From Octopus sinensis (taxonomy: Eukaryota): DNA of 64,000 bases. The DNA lies in NCBI RefSeq assembly GCF_006345805.1, contig NC_042998.1:42966001-43030000 (forward strand). Direction: 5' to 3'. A program made the position numbers and the translations under genes. Below are positions 23,740-36,304 of the stretch, one piece after another. The notes under the pieces are model-generated. The model made no database searches, was not told where the DNA came from, and saw nothing but the letters and a program-made list of their open reading frames with translations. Within the stretch, counting starts at the first letter, position 1. Each line of letters begins with the position of its first letter.

Positions 23740-24890
23740 AACTTTTCCGTTACCCTGAGTGCAGAAACGTTGAGCCTCTTTACAAGTTTGGCTCTGTTTC
23801 TAGGTTGTTTGGCTGTAAAGAACATAATGTTGCTGAATCGTCTGTGATCCGATCAGCACTCTGCGCCTGTGAGTGAGCTAGTAATGTAAACGTTGTTTTC
23901 TTTTGTCCTTCTGTCGTACATTCACATGATCTATCAGATACCAATCGTTTTATCTAGGGTGTATCCAGTTTGTTTTTGTGCTTCTTGGTTTGGGAGAAGA
24001 CTGTGTCGGTAATCGTTTGAATTCTCTGCATTTTGTCAGGAGGTGACCATTACAGTTCTTATTCCCAATACCGTGCTTCCCTTCCATATAGTGTTATTCT
24101 TATCAATTCGAGCATTAAAGTTCCCCTGGAGGATTAGCCTATCTTTGTATGGCTCTCCTCTAATTACTCTACAGAGATCATCATAAAAAAACTTCTCTGG
24201 ATTCCTCCACGTTGGGCATGGTAGGGGCATAGGTACTTATGATGGTGATTTGCTGGTTACTCACCAATTTCAAGCTTGACGTTATGAGACGGCTATTGAC
24301 TCCTTTCGGCAATGAATTGAACCTGTTAGCAAGCTCAGCTCGTACAGCAAAGCCTATACCTGCTTATCTGGGCTCTTCTTTCGACTTACCAATCCAAAAG
24401 ATTGCATAACACACGCTGACCTTCTCTAACTAACTCTTCTTTGCAAATTTTGTTTCACTCAGTGCAGCTATGTGGATGATATATCTGCTCACTGTTCTGG
24501 CTATTAGAACAATTCTGCACACACTGGTTTGTTGTCACTATTCAACGGTGTACTGATATTCCCTGGATCGAATTCTATTATTCTATTTTTTTTTCTCTTT
24601 TTCTTTTTTTTTTTTTTTAATTGTGTCTAGATTCATAGATTGTTTTTTCGATCGCATCATTGGATTACTAAGCCAGGAGAGGTGGCCTGGCAAGTTAAGG
24701 TGAAACAAGCTTTGTTTAGATTTCACTTTCGATTCTCTGCACCCGGCTTGGGGAGAGCAGTTCTGCAGCTAACGAGATCTGCCCTGTCAACTTAGGAGAA
24801 TACGAAATCCACATCTGCATCAGGTCAGTGAAAAATGACCATTAGCCTATGGCCACTTGTGTGCAAATGCAAAGCTGAAAACTTCCCTCT
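23740..24890 (-). mobile_element. Decayed RTE LINE 5' portion (5' UTR plus APE endonuclease)
   Basis: EKFFYDDLCRVIRGEPYKDRLILQGNFNARI (24036-24230), IAALSETK near 24450-24475, KRLNVSALR near 23755-23780. Confidence 0.8.
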
Positions 24891-25021
24891 TCATACCAGA
24901 CGCTTTCTCTGCCTCTCTATCGTCACTGGACTTATGAGGATAGTGTGATGGCGTTGGTTTTCGTTTGCTGAATAATCTATATGATGTGTGTTATTAAAGT
25001 GGGCATGGTTTGGTGCAGAGC

Positions 25022-25097
<76 letters not shown>

Positions 25098-25848
25098 TTC
25101 AAATTTGTATTGATCTGGTGCAACAAGTGTCACACGCCCGGTAGTTATCTGGACTTGTATGGAGTTATCTTCTCTTAGATGATCAGCTAAAGAGTTGAAG
25201 GCCTTCATCTTCCTTGAATCCATTAGGTTGTCTATAAGTGACTTCTTCCAGAGACAATTCCATACCATGCTAATTAACATATTGCTGACAAGTGCTACAA
25301 CTTCGGGTCAGAGTAGACCCGGGGACAATAGTGACTAAGCGGTGGTTCCATACCCCACAAAATATCATAATTACTATGGACCCACTACCTGATGCAGTTT
25401 TAAGTGGCATCCAGGACGCCCCCGCTGACACACACACACACACACACGCACACATAACATTTATAAGGAAAAGGTTGACAGTTGACAGCGTGCAAGCCGA
25501 AACTTCAAAGTCACTCAACTTTTTCCCTGCAAATGTTAATAAATATGTACTTTTCCAAAAATTAATGCATAATCTTTCAGCTTAATGTTAAATTACTTTT
25601 ATATATATGACAAAAAAAAAAAAAGAAGAAGCAAAGAATACTGTATGTGTGGTTCAAAGGACAATGTACTGAATTAGCTAACTGTTGATGCGTTGCTTTT
25701 ATCTACTTTTTAAAACTCTTGAAATCATATTTAAAAAGTTGTTTTACTTGTTCAGATTGTCATCAGGTGGACCTGACCAAAAGCTATCTTACCGTGACTA
25801 AGATGTCTTTTTCGGACACGGCAGATTATATTATTTATTAAAAATATT

Positions 25849-26655
25849 GGATTTTTTTCCTTTTCAACGGCACTTTGTAACATAATTTCTAGGTAACTAA
25901 AAAGTTTTAAACTTCGTATACTGGTAGAATGTGTTTATAAAACATCATTTTCTCTTGGCTTTATTGAGAAAATTCTATATGTTGTAACGCATTTCGTCTT
26001 TAATTTCGAGCATTTAGGCAATTTTAACCAATCGCTGACCTCCATTTAGGTAAATAACATTCTGTGCATAATGAATATGTCCCTCCTTTAAGAAACAGAT
26101 TGGGTTTATTTACATTTGTGAAGAAAAAAAGATACCCTTCCCCAACCCCTAACCCTAACCCTAACTCTAACCCTAAATCTAAAATAGATTGAAATGCAAT
26201 AGATCGATACTAGGGCCATAATAATGGGTGACATTTTCATTTGACACCGCTAGAAAAAATCCCATTTTCCGTAGCGGTGTCGTATGAAATTGTTACCTAT
26301 AATTATAACCCTAGTATCGATCTATTGCATTTCAATCTATTTTAGATTTAGGGTTAGGGGTGGGGAAGGGTATCTTTTTTTCTTCACAAATGTAAATAAA
26401 CCCAATCTGTTTCTTAAAGGAGGGATATATTCATTATGCACAGAATGTTATTTACCAAAATGGAGGTCAGCGATTGGTTAAAATTGCCGAAATGCTCGAA
26501 ATTAAAGACGAAATATGTTACAACATATAGAATTTTCTCAATAAAGCCAAGAAAAAGTGATGTTTTATAAACACATTCTACCAGTATACGAAGTTTAAAA
26601 GTGTTTAGTTAACTAGAAATTGTGTTGAAAAATGCCGTTCAAAAGGAAAAGATCC
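25849..26655. mobile_element. Foldback MITE of 807 bp, a near-perfect palindrome with internal (CCCTAA)n
   Basis: Arms of about 400 bp, GGAT...ATCC termini, perfect 8-bp TSD AAAATATT (25841-25848 and 26656-26663). Centre is GACACCGCTA...TAGCGGTGTC. Confidence 0.92.
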
Positions 26656-27623
26656 AAAATATTTTAAAAGACAATACTGTGTGTTCTAGAGAAGGGATAT
26701 TTAGTTGCTCTTTCTTGAGTTTTCCGAATTAGCTCCAGTTTATATTTCATCACAGAATTAAAAATGTATCCAGAGTAATTTCCCTTGTTAAAGTCAAAGA
26801 GTTATTTCCCTTAACATCCTTGTAAAGTTATTTCGATTTACTTGAGAGAATATTTTTTTGCCATACTTCCCGTAACTCCCTGAAAAATATTAAACGGTGT
26901 AAATATTATCATCGCATATACTGCTATAAAATATAAATATATTAACGTATATGTTACACTATCCAAATATTTTTGTAATAACAAATACACAATGATTTAT
27001 GTCACAAACACACCTATTAACACAAACATATACGGGCGCGTACTCACTCCTTTATAATAATAATAATGAAATTATTGTATACAGTGCTCGGGTGCACCAC
27101 AACTTGTCAGAAAGTGCATATAAATTACATGCAGTAATGTAGAAATGTCTGGAAAGCGAACAATGTATGAGTCAGATACATGCTTGTGTGTTTATGGAGG
27201 GGAGAAAATCAGGAAGCATGGAAGTTTTGAAGGATGCAGTGCTTTGAATTCATCATCACCGTCATCATCGGTAGTAGTGGTGATAATGATCTAATGGGTT
27301 GGTATATGACTAAAAGTTACATAAGTCACCTTTAATTTTTTGTTATTACATTTGCGAGCATGAAATCTTTTTATTCCAATTTATTTATTTCGTGGCTTTC
27401 CTCTTTCTGTTTATAGTTTTCTACTAATGGTTCTTTTTAATCTGGAATATCTAAGCATATATTTGTTAATAAAAGGGTAAAGACACCCTTCGATCACAAA
27501 TAACCGTGGGGTTGCACCTAGAATGTTCCTCTCCCCAGACGGTTCTTTTGTAGAAGACCAGCAGTCGCCTATGCATACCAGTCTCCCCTTTCCATGCCAC
27601 TGGTGTTGTATAAGGGAAAGACT

Positions 27624-28262
27624 TGTAACGATAAAAAGTTGTTGTTATCATTGCATGTTGTAGGATGTGAAAGATGAACAATGCATGAAGTTTTAAGGAA
27701 ATATTTATTTACCGTTACATTACAATGTGGCTAGTTGTTATGATAAATCCAAAAGCATGCAAAGTGTAGTTTGTGTTTGTGTCCTCTTCATTGTTTAGTA
27801 GTAAATACAGAGAGAGATAGAATGATGTTGTAAGAGAACAGAATTAGAGCTAATGAGAGTAGTAGGGTGTTGTCTCATAGTTGCTGATAGTAAACTTCAT
27901 TTCTCTCTCTGACCAATGTTCTAGCTGGTCAGCCAGACTTCGTTGAGTCGTCACCGTGTGACTGGACTCATTGAGTTGTCACCAACTGTGACTAACTGAT
28001 TTTTTACTTGGGATGTGCTTGCTTTTTATAACTATCCAGAAGGATAGATATATCATTGAGAGCAATAGATTTAGTTGGTGGTCTTGTTATCTCTATTCTA
28101 GCTTTTGGTGAAGTAGAAGAGGTTAGAAAGGGTCAAGTAATGAAGACATTATTTCGGCCTAGCTAAACCATTGTTCCACTATGGGAAAAGTTCTGTTGCA
28201 GTATTAATTTAAATTTGGCTGTGGTGGATTGAATCCACTTCATGTTTGAAAGATCCACTACA
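27624..28262 (-). mobile_element. Solo LTR (639 bp), probably Gypsy-type, inserted into a SINE-like repeat
   Basis: TGTA...TACA termini and 4-bp TSD GACT (27620-27623 and 28263-28266). AATAAA and TATAA occur in LTR order on the minus strand. Confidence 0.7.
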
Positions 28263-28702
28263 GACTGATACAGCTTGGCACCAATGGTGCCGCAACTCAT
28301 TTCTACAGGTGAGTGAACTAGAGCAATGTGAAATAAAGTAGGACTGAACTTGGAACCATGTGGTTGGGGAGTAAGTTCTTATCACACAGCCACTTCTGCA
28401 TCTAAGTGTGTGTGTGTCTTTGTGTCTGTGTTTGTTCTCCCCCCTTCCCCTAATAACTGCTTGATGATGTTTACGTCCTCATAATGTAGCAGTTTGGCAA
28501 AAACAGACTGACAGAATAAGTACTAGGCTTAAGAAATAAACCCTGGAGTTGATTTCTTCAATCAAAACCCTTCAAGGCAGTCCTCCAGCGTGACCAAAGT
28601 CAAATGACTGAGCAATTAAAAGAATAAAGGAATAAACTACCACCAGTTGTCAAGCAGGAATTGGGACAAACACACACACACACATACACACACAAGCACA
28701 CC

Positions 28703-28733
<31 letters not shown>

Positions 28734-28744
28734 GTGTATATGTA

Positions 28745-30040
28745 AGACGGGTGTTTATTAAAGATTTCTCTTGACCCACTTGCCCAGGACTTGGATAAAC
28801 GAAACTTGGCATAATTATTAATCCTTCTCTTCATTGCCATCACCAATGGTGACACACTTCTCCCATCACTTTATGCAGATGTACAGACCACGTCTGTAGA
28901 AGATGGTAGGTTGCATCTGGAGCCAAGACTTTACCTTGGAAATAAGTTCATCATCATCCATAAAGAGCTTCTCCTTCAAGAAAGACTTCATGGTTGGAAA
29001 GAGGTGGAAGTCAGATGGTGCAAGGTTGGGAGAGTAAGGGGGATGAGGAAGGATTTCATAGCTGTAGGAGTGTACTTTCATCTGGGCAACATGTGCATTA
29101 TGAACTGGGGTATTGTCTTGGAGGAGGTGGATTCCTTTGGTCAGCATGCCACGCCTCTCTGCTTTGATGGCGTCCTGCAATTTCAGCTGCAGAGAAGCAT
29201 AATAGTTAATTGTGGTGCCCCTTTCCACTACTCTGCCACTATCCTTGCCACTACATCATCATTAATCTGTGCTGGTCCCAAAATACTGTGAGCATCACTT
29301 TGCCTGCAGAGGGTTGGACACAAGCCTTCTTTGGTGGTGGTGAGTTATCATGCTTCAATTGCTTTGACTGGACTTTAGTCTCGAGATCATAATGATGGAT
29401 CAATGTTTCATCCTGTGTGATAAGTCTGCCAAAAAAGTCCTTTTTTTCTTGGTGCATTGCCAAAAGAGCCTAGGAGTAATTGACTTCTTCCTGCTTCTAA
29501 AAAGATATGAGCATAGAGGGAATCTACAGGAAACTTCCACATGTGCAAATGGTCATGAACGATTTTTTCCCACAGATCCTACACTTATCTTCACTACTTG
29601 GGTGAGTTGCCAAATAATTATGTAGCAGTCCTCCAAAATAGTGGCTTCCACATTATGGATAGTGTCATCATCAATGGTTGGATGTGGTCATCCAGGAATA
29701 GGAACAGTTTCCACCGATGTCTGACCACATTTGAACTGGTGAATCCAGTGCTTGACTATATTGTATGATGGTGCATTGTTACCATAAACATTTTTCATCT
29801 CATCGAAAATCTCTTTTGGTGTACAACCTTTCAAATATAAGAACCTGATTATTGATCTACATTCAACTGCCTCGATTATAACATCTTAGTCCACTTCAGT
29901 AGCCATAAAAGACAAATGAATACCAGTGGAAAGCTCCAATTTACAATGCGATATATAGAGACATGTTTGATTATACTTGTACAAGTTCTGCTTCCTGCAA
30001 TAACTAGAAGTATGTTAGGGGAAATCTTTAATGAACAGCC

Positions 30041-30044
<4 letters not shown>
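28745..30044 (-). mobile_element. Full-length decayed mariner (DD34D-type)
   Basis: TA-flanked TIRs (GGGTGTTTATTAAAGATTTC / GAAATCTTTAATGAACAGCCC). Motifs ITQDETLIHHYD, SAGKVMLTVFWD, LLQDNTPVH and HPPYSPNLAPSDFHLF, with stops and frameshifts. Confidence 0.93.
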
Positions 30045-30090
<46 letters not shown>

Positions 30091-30120
30091 AACAGAAACA
30101 CATGCACACATACACACTCA

Positions 30121-30152
<32 letters not shown>

Positions 30153-30154
30153 TT

Positions 30155-30355
30155 CTTTTATTCTTTTACTTGTTTCAGTCATTTTGACTGTGGCCATGCT
30201 GGAGCACTGCCTTTAGTCAAACAAATCAACCCCTTTGTAAGCCTAGTACATATTCTATCAGTCACTTTTACCGAACCACTAAGTTATGGGGATGTAGACA
30301 CACCAACATCGGTTGTCAAGTGATGGTGGATGAAGGGACAAACACAGACACACAA
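30155..30355 (-). mobile_element. CORE-like SINE, 3' half
   Basis: TTTCAGTCATTTTGACTGTGGCCATGCTGGAGCAC family motif. Confidence 0.75.
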
Positions 30356-30356
30356 A

Positions 30357-30710
30357 CATCATCATCATTGTTTAACGTACATTTTCCATGCTGGCATGGG
30401 AAGGACGGTTTGATTGAGGTCTGGAGAGCAAGTGGCTGCACCAGACTCCAATCTGATCAAGTAGTGCTTCTACAGCTGGATACCCTTCCTAACGCCAACC
30501 ACTCCGAGAGTGTAGTGGGTGCTTTTTATGTGCCACGGTACAGGAGCCAGTCAAGTGGGTCTGGCATTGATCACGTTTAGATAATGCTTTTTACATGCTA
30601 CCGGCATGGGAGCCAGTAAGGGGACTCTTGCACCAACCATGTTCGGATGATACATTTTAAGTGCCACCAGAACAGGAGCCAATCATGGGACACTGGCCAC
30701 AATCATATGA
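30357..30710 (-). mobile_element. RTE LINE 3' end with three diverged hairpin modules of about 60 nt
   Basis: (CAT)n tail and CTACAGCTGGATACCCTTCCTAACGCCAACCACTCCGAGAG, as in the copy at 36305-36480. Confidence 0.8.
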
Positions 30711-31115
30711 TGGCTGTCTCACATTCAGCCTGATTGTCTTGATTTACTTTCATTAATGAATAGTGAGACATCTGTACATCATTGGATTTAAGTGACAAAA
30801 GATAGTACAACACTTCTGCTGCTCCCTCGGTTCCCATGGTAGGTTCCAGCAACAAGCATTGCAAGATGACTGGTACTATTTTCACTGCAAATTTTATGTC
30901 AATGTATCTTTCTCTGAGAAGAGCTACCTTCCTCCATGGCTTTGTCAAAAATAATGAGAGCCTCCTCTACCCCTGAGAAATCTACTTAACCTGTAGATGG
31001 GACCTGGACAAGTTAGAACAGACTTGGGAGTGATGGTAATTAAGGGATGGTGCCACACTTACCACAACTCTAAAACTGGAGCCTCACTACTGGATGCAGT
31101 TTAATGTTTTAATCA

Positions 31116-31189
<74 letters not shown>

Positions 31190-32014
31190 TAAATGGAACA
31201 TAAAAATGAGATATGAAGTCTACAAGACGCATTGCAGGCTGCAGGTCTAAGAGGTCAGCAGCTCTGACTAAGAACTGAAACAAAGTAGAGGGGACACAGC
31301 AGTAGTCCTACTGGAAACAGCCTTTTCATAGCCAGTATCACAATAAAGATAAAATCCAGCCAGCTCTCAATAAAAGATAGCCCAAGCAATGAAATTGGAC
31401 AGTTTTCTCTGTTGCTATGTGTACAAGAAGGTACAGACTGTAATGAGTGATGACTTGTTCAACTAGGGAAAATGGACAAAAGCTGTTGATGACATGCTGT
31501 AATTATAATAACTTATGCAGATTCAAAATTACCAAATAAATTATGTGGCTTCTGCCTTTATGATCATTTGCAAAGTTAAAATTTAATATGTTTGGCTTTA
31601 TATCAAACAACAAATACTGGGAAAAATGAATGCATCTTGTGTCTGCATTCTATACACGCTTTGGTTGGCCTAGGGTTATAGTGGAAGACACCTGCCCAAG
31701 GTGCCACAAAGTGGGACTGAATCTAAACAAGCTTCTTATCACACAACCATGCCTGCGACCATATACTTAACTTGATAAGTGCCAATGCACAAAACTTGGT
31801 TTTCAGCATATGGGCCACTCAGTAACTTCTGCCAATAAATAATATGTGTGCACGAGTGTGTGTGTGTGTGTGTGAAGGTGTGTGAAGGTGTGTGGCTAGT
31901 TGCTAGGCTGTTGCACTCACAGTCACTATTTCATGGGTTTGATTCCTAGACTGGGCAACACATTTTGTTCTTGAGCAAAACACTTTATTTTACATTGCTC
32001 CAGATTTTGTTATC

Positions 32015-32218
32015 TTGGTACAAGGCCTGAAATTTGTGAGGAGAGGGATAGTCGATTAGAGTGACCCCAGTACGCCACTGGTACTTAATTTATTGACCCC
32101 GAAAGGATGGAAGGTAAAGTCGACCTTAGCGGAATTTGAACTCGGAGCATAAAGACAGACGAAATGTCGCTAAACATTTCACCCAGTGTGCTAATGTTTC
32201 TGCCTGCTCGCCACCTTA
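32015..32218 (-). mobile_element. Meta-like SINE
   Basis: Reverse complement of the family consensus seen in other copies. Confidence 0.8.
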
Positions 32219-32270
32219 CAACATCTAATGGTCTGATCAGTCATATGATCACATGATACACACACACACA

Positions 32271-32520
32271 GTGGAGTCACGTAGCTTAGTGGTTAGGGTG
32301 TTGGACTCATGATCGTAAGACTGTGATTTTGATTCCTGGAATTGGTGATATGTTGTGTTCTTGAGCAAAACCCTTCATTTCACATTGCTCCAGTGCACTC
32401 AGCTGGCTGAAATGAGTAATCCCGTGACAGACTGGCGTCCTGTCTAGGTGGGAAATATATACATCATTGAAACCGGAAAACTGGCCCTCATGAGCCTGGC
32501 ATGGCACAAGAAGGAAACAT
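32271..32520 (+). mobile_element. tRNA-derived SINE, third type
   Basis: GTAGCTTAGTGGTTAGGGTGTTGGACTCATGATC head, GTGTTCTTGAGCAAAAC, and a GACTGGCGTCCTGTCTAGG...GAAACCGG tail shared with 39883-40170. Confidence 0.7.
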
Positions 32521-32553
<33 letters not shown>

Positions 32554-32627
32554 GTATGACACTGCATGGAACTTAAGTAAGGCATGTGTAAAATTTGAAT
32601 GAAATCAGTTGGGTAATTCTCAGTTTT

Positions 32628-32649
<22 letters not shown>

Positions 32650-32661
<12 letters not shown>

Positions 32662-33195
32662 CTGAGAATGTGTGTGTGTGTCTGTCTGCCTATATTTATG
32701 CATCACTAAAACTCGAGAACTACCCAACTGATTTTATTCAAATTTTACACATGCCATACTTAAGTTCCATGCAGTGTCATAGGCCAAAAAAAAGTTTTTC
32801 GACTTGTCTAATGCGAGCCCAGAGCAATCTCTTATCTCTTACACTATTTCAGTCTTTTGTGTTAAAAGTGAAACAATAGCATCTCTATTGTAATGTGAGA
32901 TAACACTAAGGCGGTGAGCTGGCAGACACGTTAGCATGCCGGGCAAAATGCTTAGCGGTATTTCGTCTGTCTTTACGTTCTGAATTCAAATTCTGCCAAG
33001 GTCAACTTTGCCTTTCATCCTTTCAGGGTCGATAAATTAAGAACCAGTTATATACTAGGGTCGATCTAATTAATTGGCCCCTTTCCCCAAAATTTCAGGC
33101 CCTGTTTCTAGAGTAGAAAGAATGGGAGATAATACTTTCAGTTTAATACTTTCACTATTTAATACTGAAGCTATTATCTCATATACATGCATACA

Positions 33196-33237
<42 letters not shown>

Positions 33238-33551
33238 AAACTGAGAGATGTTTGTCTGTCTGTCTGTATGTGTGCATCACTAAAACTCGAGAACTACCAA
33301 ACCGGTTTCATCCCAATTTTACACATACCTTACTTAGGATCCATGCAGTGTCATGGGTCAAAAAAATTTTCAACTTCTTGCCAAATGCAAGCCCAGAGTA
33401 ATCTCTTATCTCTTTCAGTATTACGTGTCAAAAGTGAAACAATAACAACTCTTTTGTAAGTGAGATAATACTTTCACTATTTATACTGCTTTTATTATCT
33501 CACGTATATATATGCATACACACACACACACACATACAAATATGCATATTA

Positions 33552-33634
<83 letters not shown>

Positions 33635-34246
33635 GCATGTATATATGTGTATATACATCTGCACATATATATGTATATATATGTATACATACAGATGTAT
33701 ATGTATAGATATATATGTATATATACATATATATATGTATATATGCATATATATATATACACATATATATATGTATGTATACATATATATATATATATAT
33801 ATATATAGATTGATATGTATATATACATATATACATATACATATACATAAACATATATATACATATATGCACATATGTATAAATATATACATAAACATAT
33901 AAATCTATATATATATACGCCTATATATATACATTTATATATATACATATATAAACATACACATATATATATATATATATGTATATATGTGTGTGTGTGT
34001 GTGTGTCTATGTTTGTACCTCCACCATCACCTGACAACCGATGTTGCTGTGTTTACATCTCTGTAACGTAGCTGCTTGGCAAAACACTGATAGAATAAGT
34101 ACAAGGCTTGCAAAGAATAATCTTGGGGTCGATTTCTTAGGCTAAACATGGTGCTCCAGCATGTCCACAGTCATATGACTGAAACAAGTAAAACAATAAA
34201 AAACTATGCCATTTTAATTCCAAGCAACGCTGAGTATCTCTGCTAG
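32650..34246 (+). mobile_element. Helitron-like element with duplicated 5' unit and nested SINEs/microsatellite
   Basis: A unit of about 250 bp occurs at 32655-32905 and 33235-33500. The 3' end is CCAAGCAACGCTGAGTATCTCTGCTAG|T. It contains a Meta-like SINE (32908-33121) and a CORE-like SINE (about 33990-34200). Confidence 0.6.
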
Positions 34247-34547
34247 TATATATATAAAATGTGAGCGAAAGTATTACAGAAAATCAAACTTCAACATATT
34301 GGAAAATAGCTTCACTGCACATTACAGCTTGGCACAAAGTCAAGAGTTACAGATGAAATCCCTATCTGAAATAAGCAATGTGGCAGATCAATTAATGCAA
34401 GTATTGATAAAAATTCTTAAGAAATGATGATAATAATGATACTTTAGGCTTGCTATAAGTTATATACATAAATTCTTGGTTGAATTCCATAACAAAAGTT
34501 TGAATATTATTCAAATATGAATGTTGTTCAAAGTTTGATTATTCAAA

Positions 34548-35170
34548 TTTTGGCACAAGGCTAGCAATTTTGGGGCAAGTGGGATTATTAATTATGTTGA
34601 CCCAGTACTTGATTGGAACTTTTTAATTTATTGACCCTGAAAGGAGGAAAGGCAAATCTAACGTTAGTGAGATTTGAACTGAAGATTTGAGTCATAGAAA
34701 AAGCTGCAAAGCATTTTGTCTAATGCATTAATGATTATTCCAGCTCACCACCTTAAAATTTCAAATGATATTAGTTTGATTACATTGACATCAGTGCTCA
34801 ACTGGTACTTATTTTATTGACCCTGAAAGGATGAAAGGCAAAGTCGACCTTGGTGGAATTTGAACTTAGAACAAAAAGAAATACTGCAAAGCATTTTGCC
34901 CAGTGTGGTAACAATTCTGCAAGGTCATTGCCTTAAAGAAATTCCAAATAAAAATAGTTTCAAATTTTGGCACAAGGCCAGCAATTTTGGGGGAGGGTTA
35001 AGTTGACTACATTGACCCCTGTGCTCAACTGGTACTTATTTTATCGACCCCGAAAGGATAAAAGACCAAATGGAGTACAGCAGAATTTGAATTCAGAGCA
35101 TAAAGACGGATAAAAAACTGCTGAGCATGTTTGCCCTGCATGCTAACAATTCTGTCAGCTCACTGCCTTA
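34548..35170 (-). mobile_element. Three tandem Meta-like SINE copies
   Basis: Repeated TTGACCC(T/C)GAAAGGA...ATTTGAA(C/T)T...CCTTAAA at about 34630-34755, 34820-34935 and 35045-35170. Confidence 0.8.
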
Positions 35171-35814
35171 AAAAAATTTTGAATAATATTGAGTATACTT
35201 ACCCCAACACCATCACCATCATTGGTTTAAAGAATTTCTTAAACCAGCAGGAATAGGACATGTCTCAAAATACTAGTTGGTCTTGATCCTGTATCATCAA
35301 ATTTATAGCTCCAAATATACTTGAGTTAGACATAACCTTATCTTCAAAACTCTTTCTCCTTCTCTCTCTCCCTTTGCAATGACCATCTTCCCCTATTAAC
35401 TCTTTGACTTTTAACATTCAGCATGTATTATCCATTCACAGAACATGCTCATTACTAACATAATTGTATCTCTGGCTTACATCTGCTAATGCATTTGATA
35501 TTTAGCTGGCCTGTCAACTTTTGTTATTCCAGACTGAAGGACACACCCCACTAAACGCTGCTTGACATAGCTGACTAGTTTGCAAAATGTAGTCAGGGAC
35601 ATGAAGACATTGTAAAACTGGGCAAAACTTATGAAATGCTCCAAACCACTTAGGGATCAACTTATATGAGCTGAGCATCTGTTTTCTGTTGTCACAAGGT
35701 CCAAGAATGGTAGAGAGAAAGTGAGAGATGATGAGAGGTGTGGGAGGGAAAGGAAAGTCAGAAAATCAGCTCTGGTTGAGAAAATTCGCAATTTACTAGG
35801 TGAAGACTGTTGTA

Positions 35815-36022
35815 TACTCTTTTACACTTTTACTTGTTTCAGTCATTTGACTGTGGCCATGCTGGAGCACCACCTTTAGTCGAGAAAATCGACCTCAGGA
35901 CTTATTCATCGTAAGTCTAGTACTTATTCTATCAGTCTCTTTTGCCGAACCGCTATGTTACGGGGATATAAACACACTAGCATTGGTTGTTGGGAGAACA
36001 AACACTGACACAAACATACACA

Positions 36023-36083
<61 letters not shown>

Positions 36084-36268
36084 GCACACACACACATATA
36101 TATACGACGTGCTTCTTTCAGTTTCTGTCTACCAAATCCACTCACAAGGCTTCGGTCGACCTGAGGCTATTGTAGAAGACACTTGCCCAAGGTGCCACGC
36201 AGTGGGACTGAACCCAGAACCATGTGGTTCGTAAGCAAGCTACTTACCACACCGCCACTCCTATGCCT
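35815..36268 (-). mobile_element. Full-length CORE-like SINE
   Basis: Colinear with 2018-2427. Confidence 0.88.
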
Positions 36269-36304
36269 GTCTATAAAGACAATAAACATGCAACTGTATA
36301 CAGA

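Noticed and set aside
24720-24790. Twister-ribozyme-like CCCCAAGCCGGG on the minus strand in the RTE 5' UTR
   Set aside because: I could not assemble the P1/P2 helices or the pseudoknot pairings; the resemblance is too short.
24891-25585. ORFs of 82-129 aa around the (CT)n tract
   Set aside because: They run through microsatellites and have no recognisable motif; probably old repeat sequence.
26143-26177. Interstitial telomere or chromosome fusion scar
   Set aside because: The few CCCTAA/TTAGGG units lie symmetrically inside a TSD-flanked MITE.
30703-30948. 81-aa minus-strand ORF as a host exon
   Set aside because: No recognisable domain or clear splice sites, and it lies among retroelement debris.
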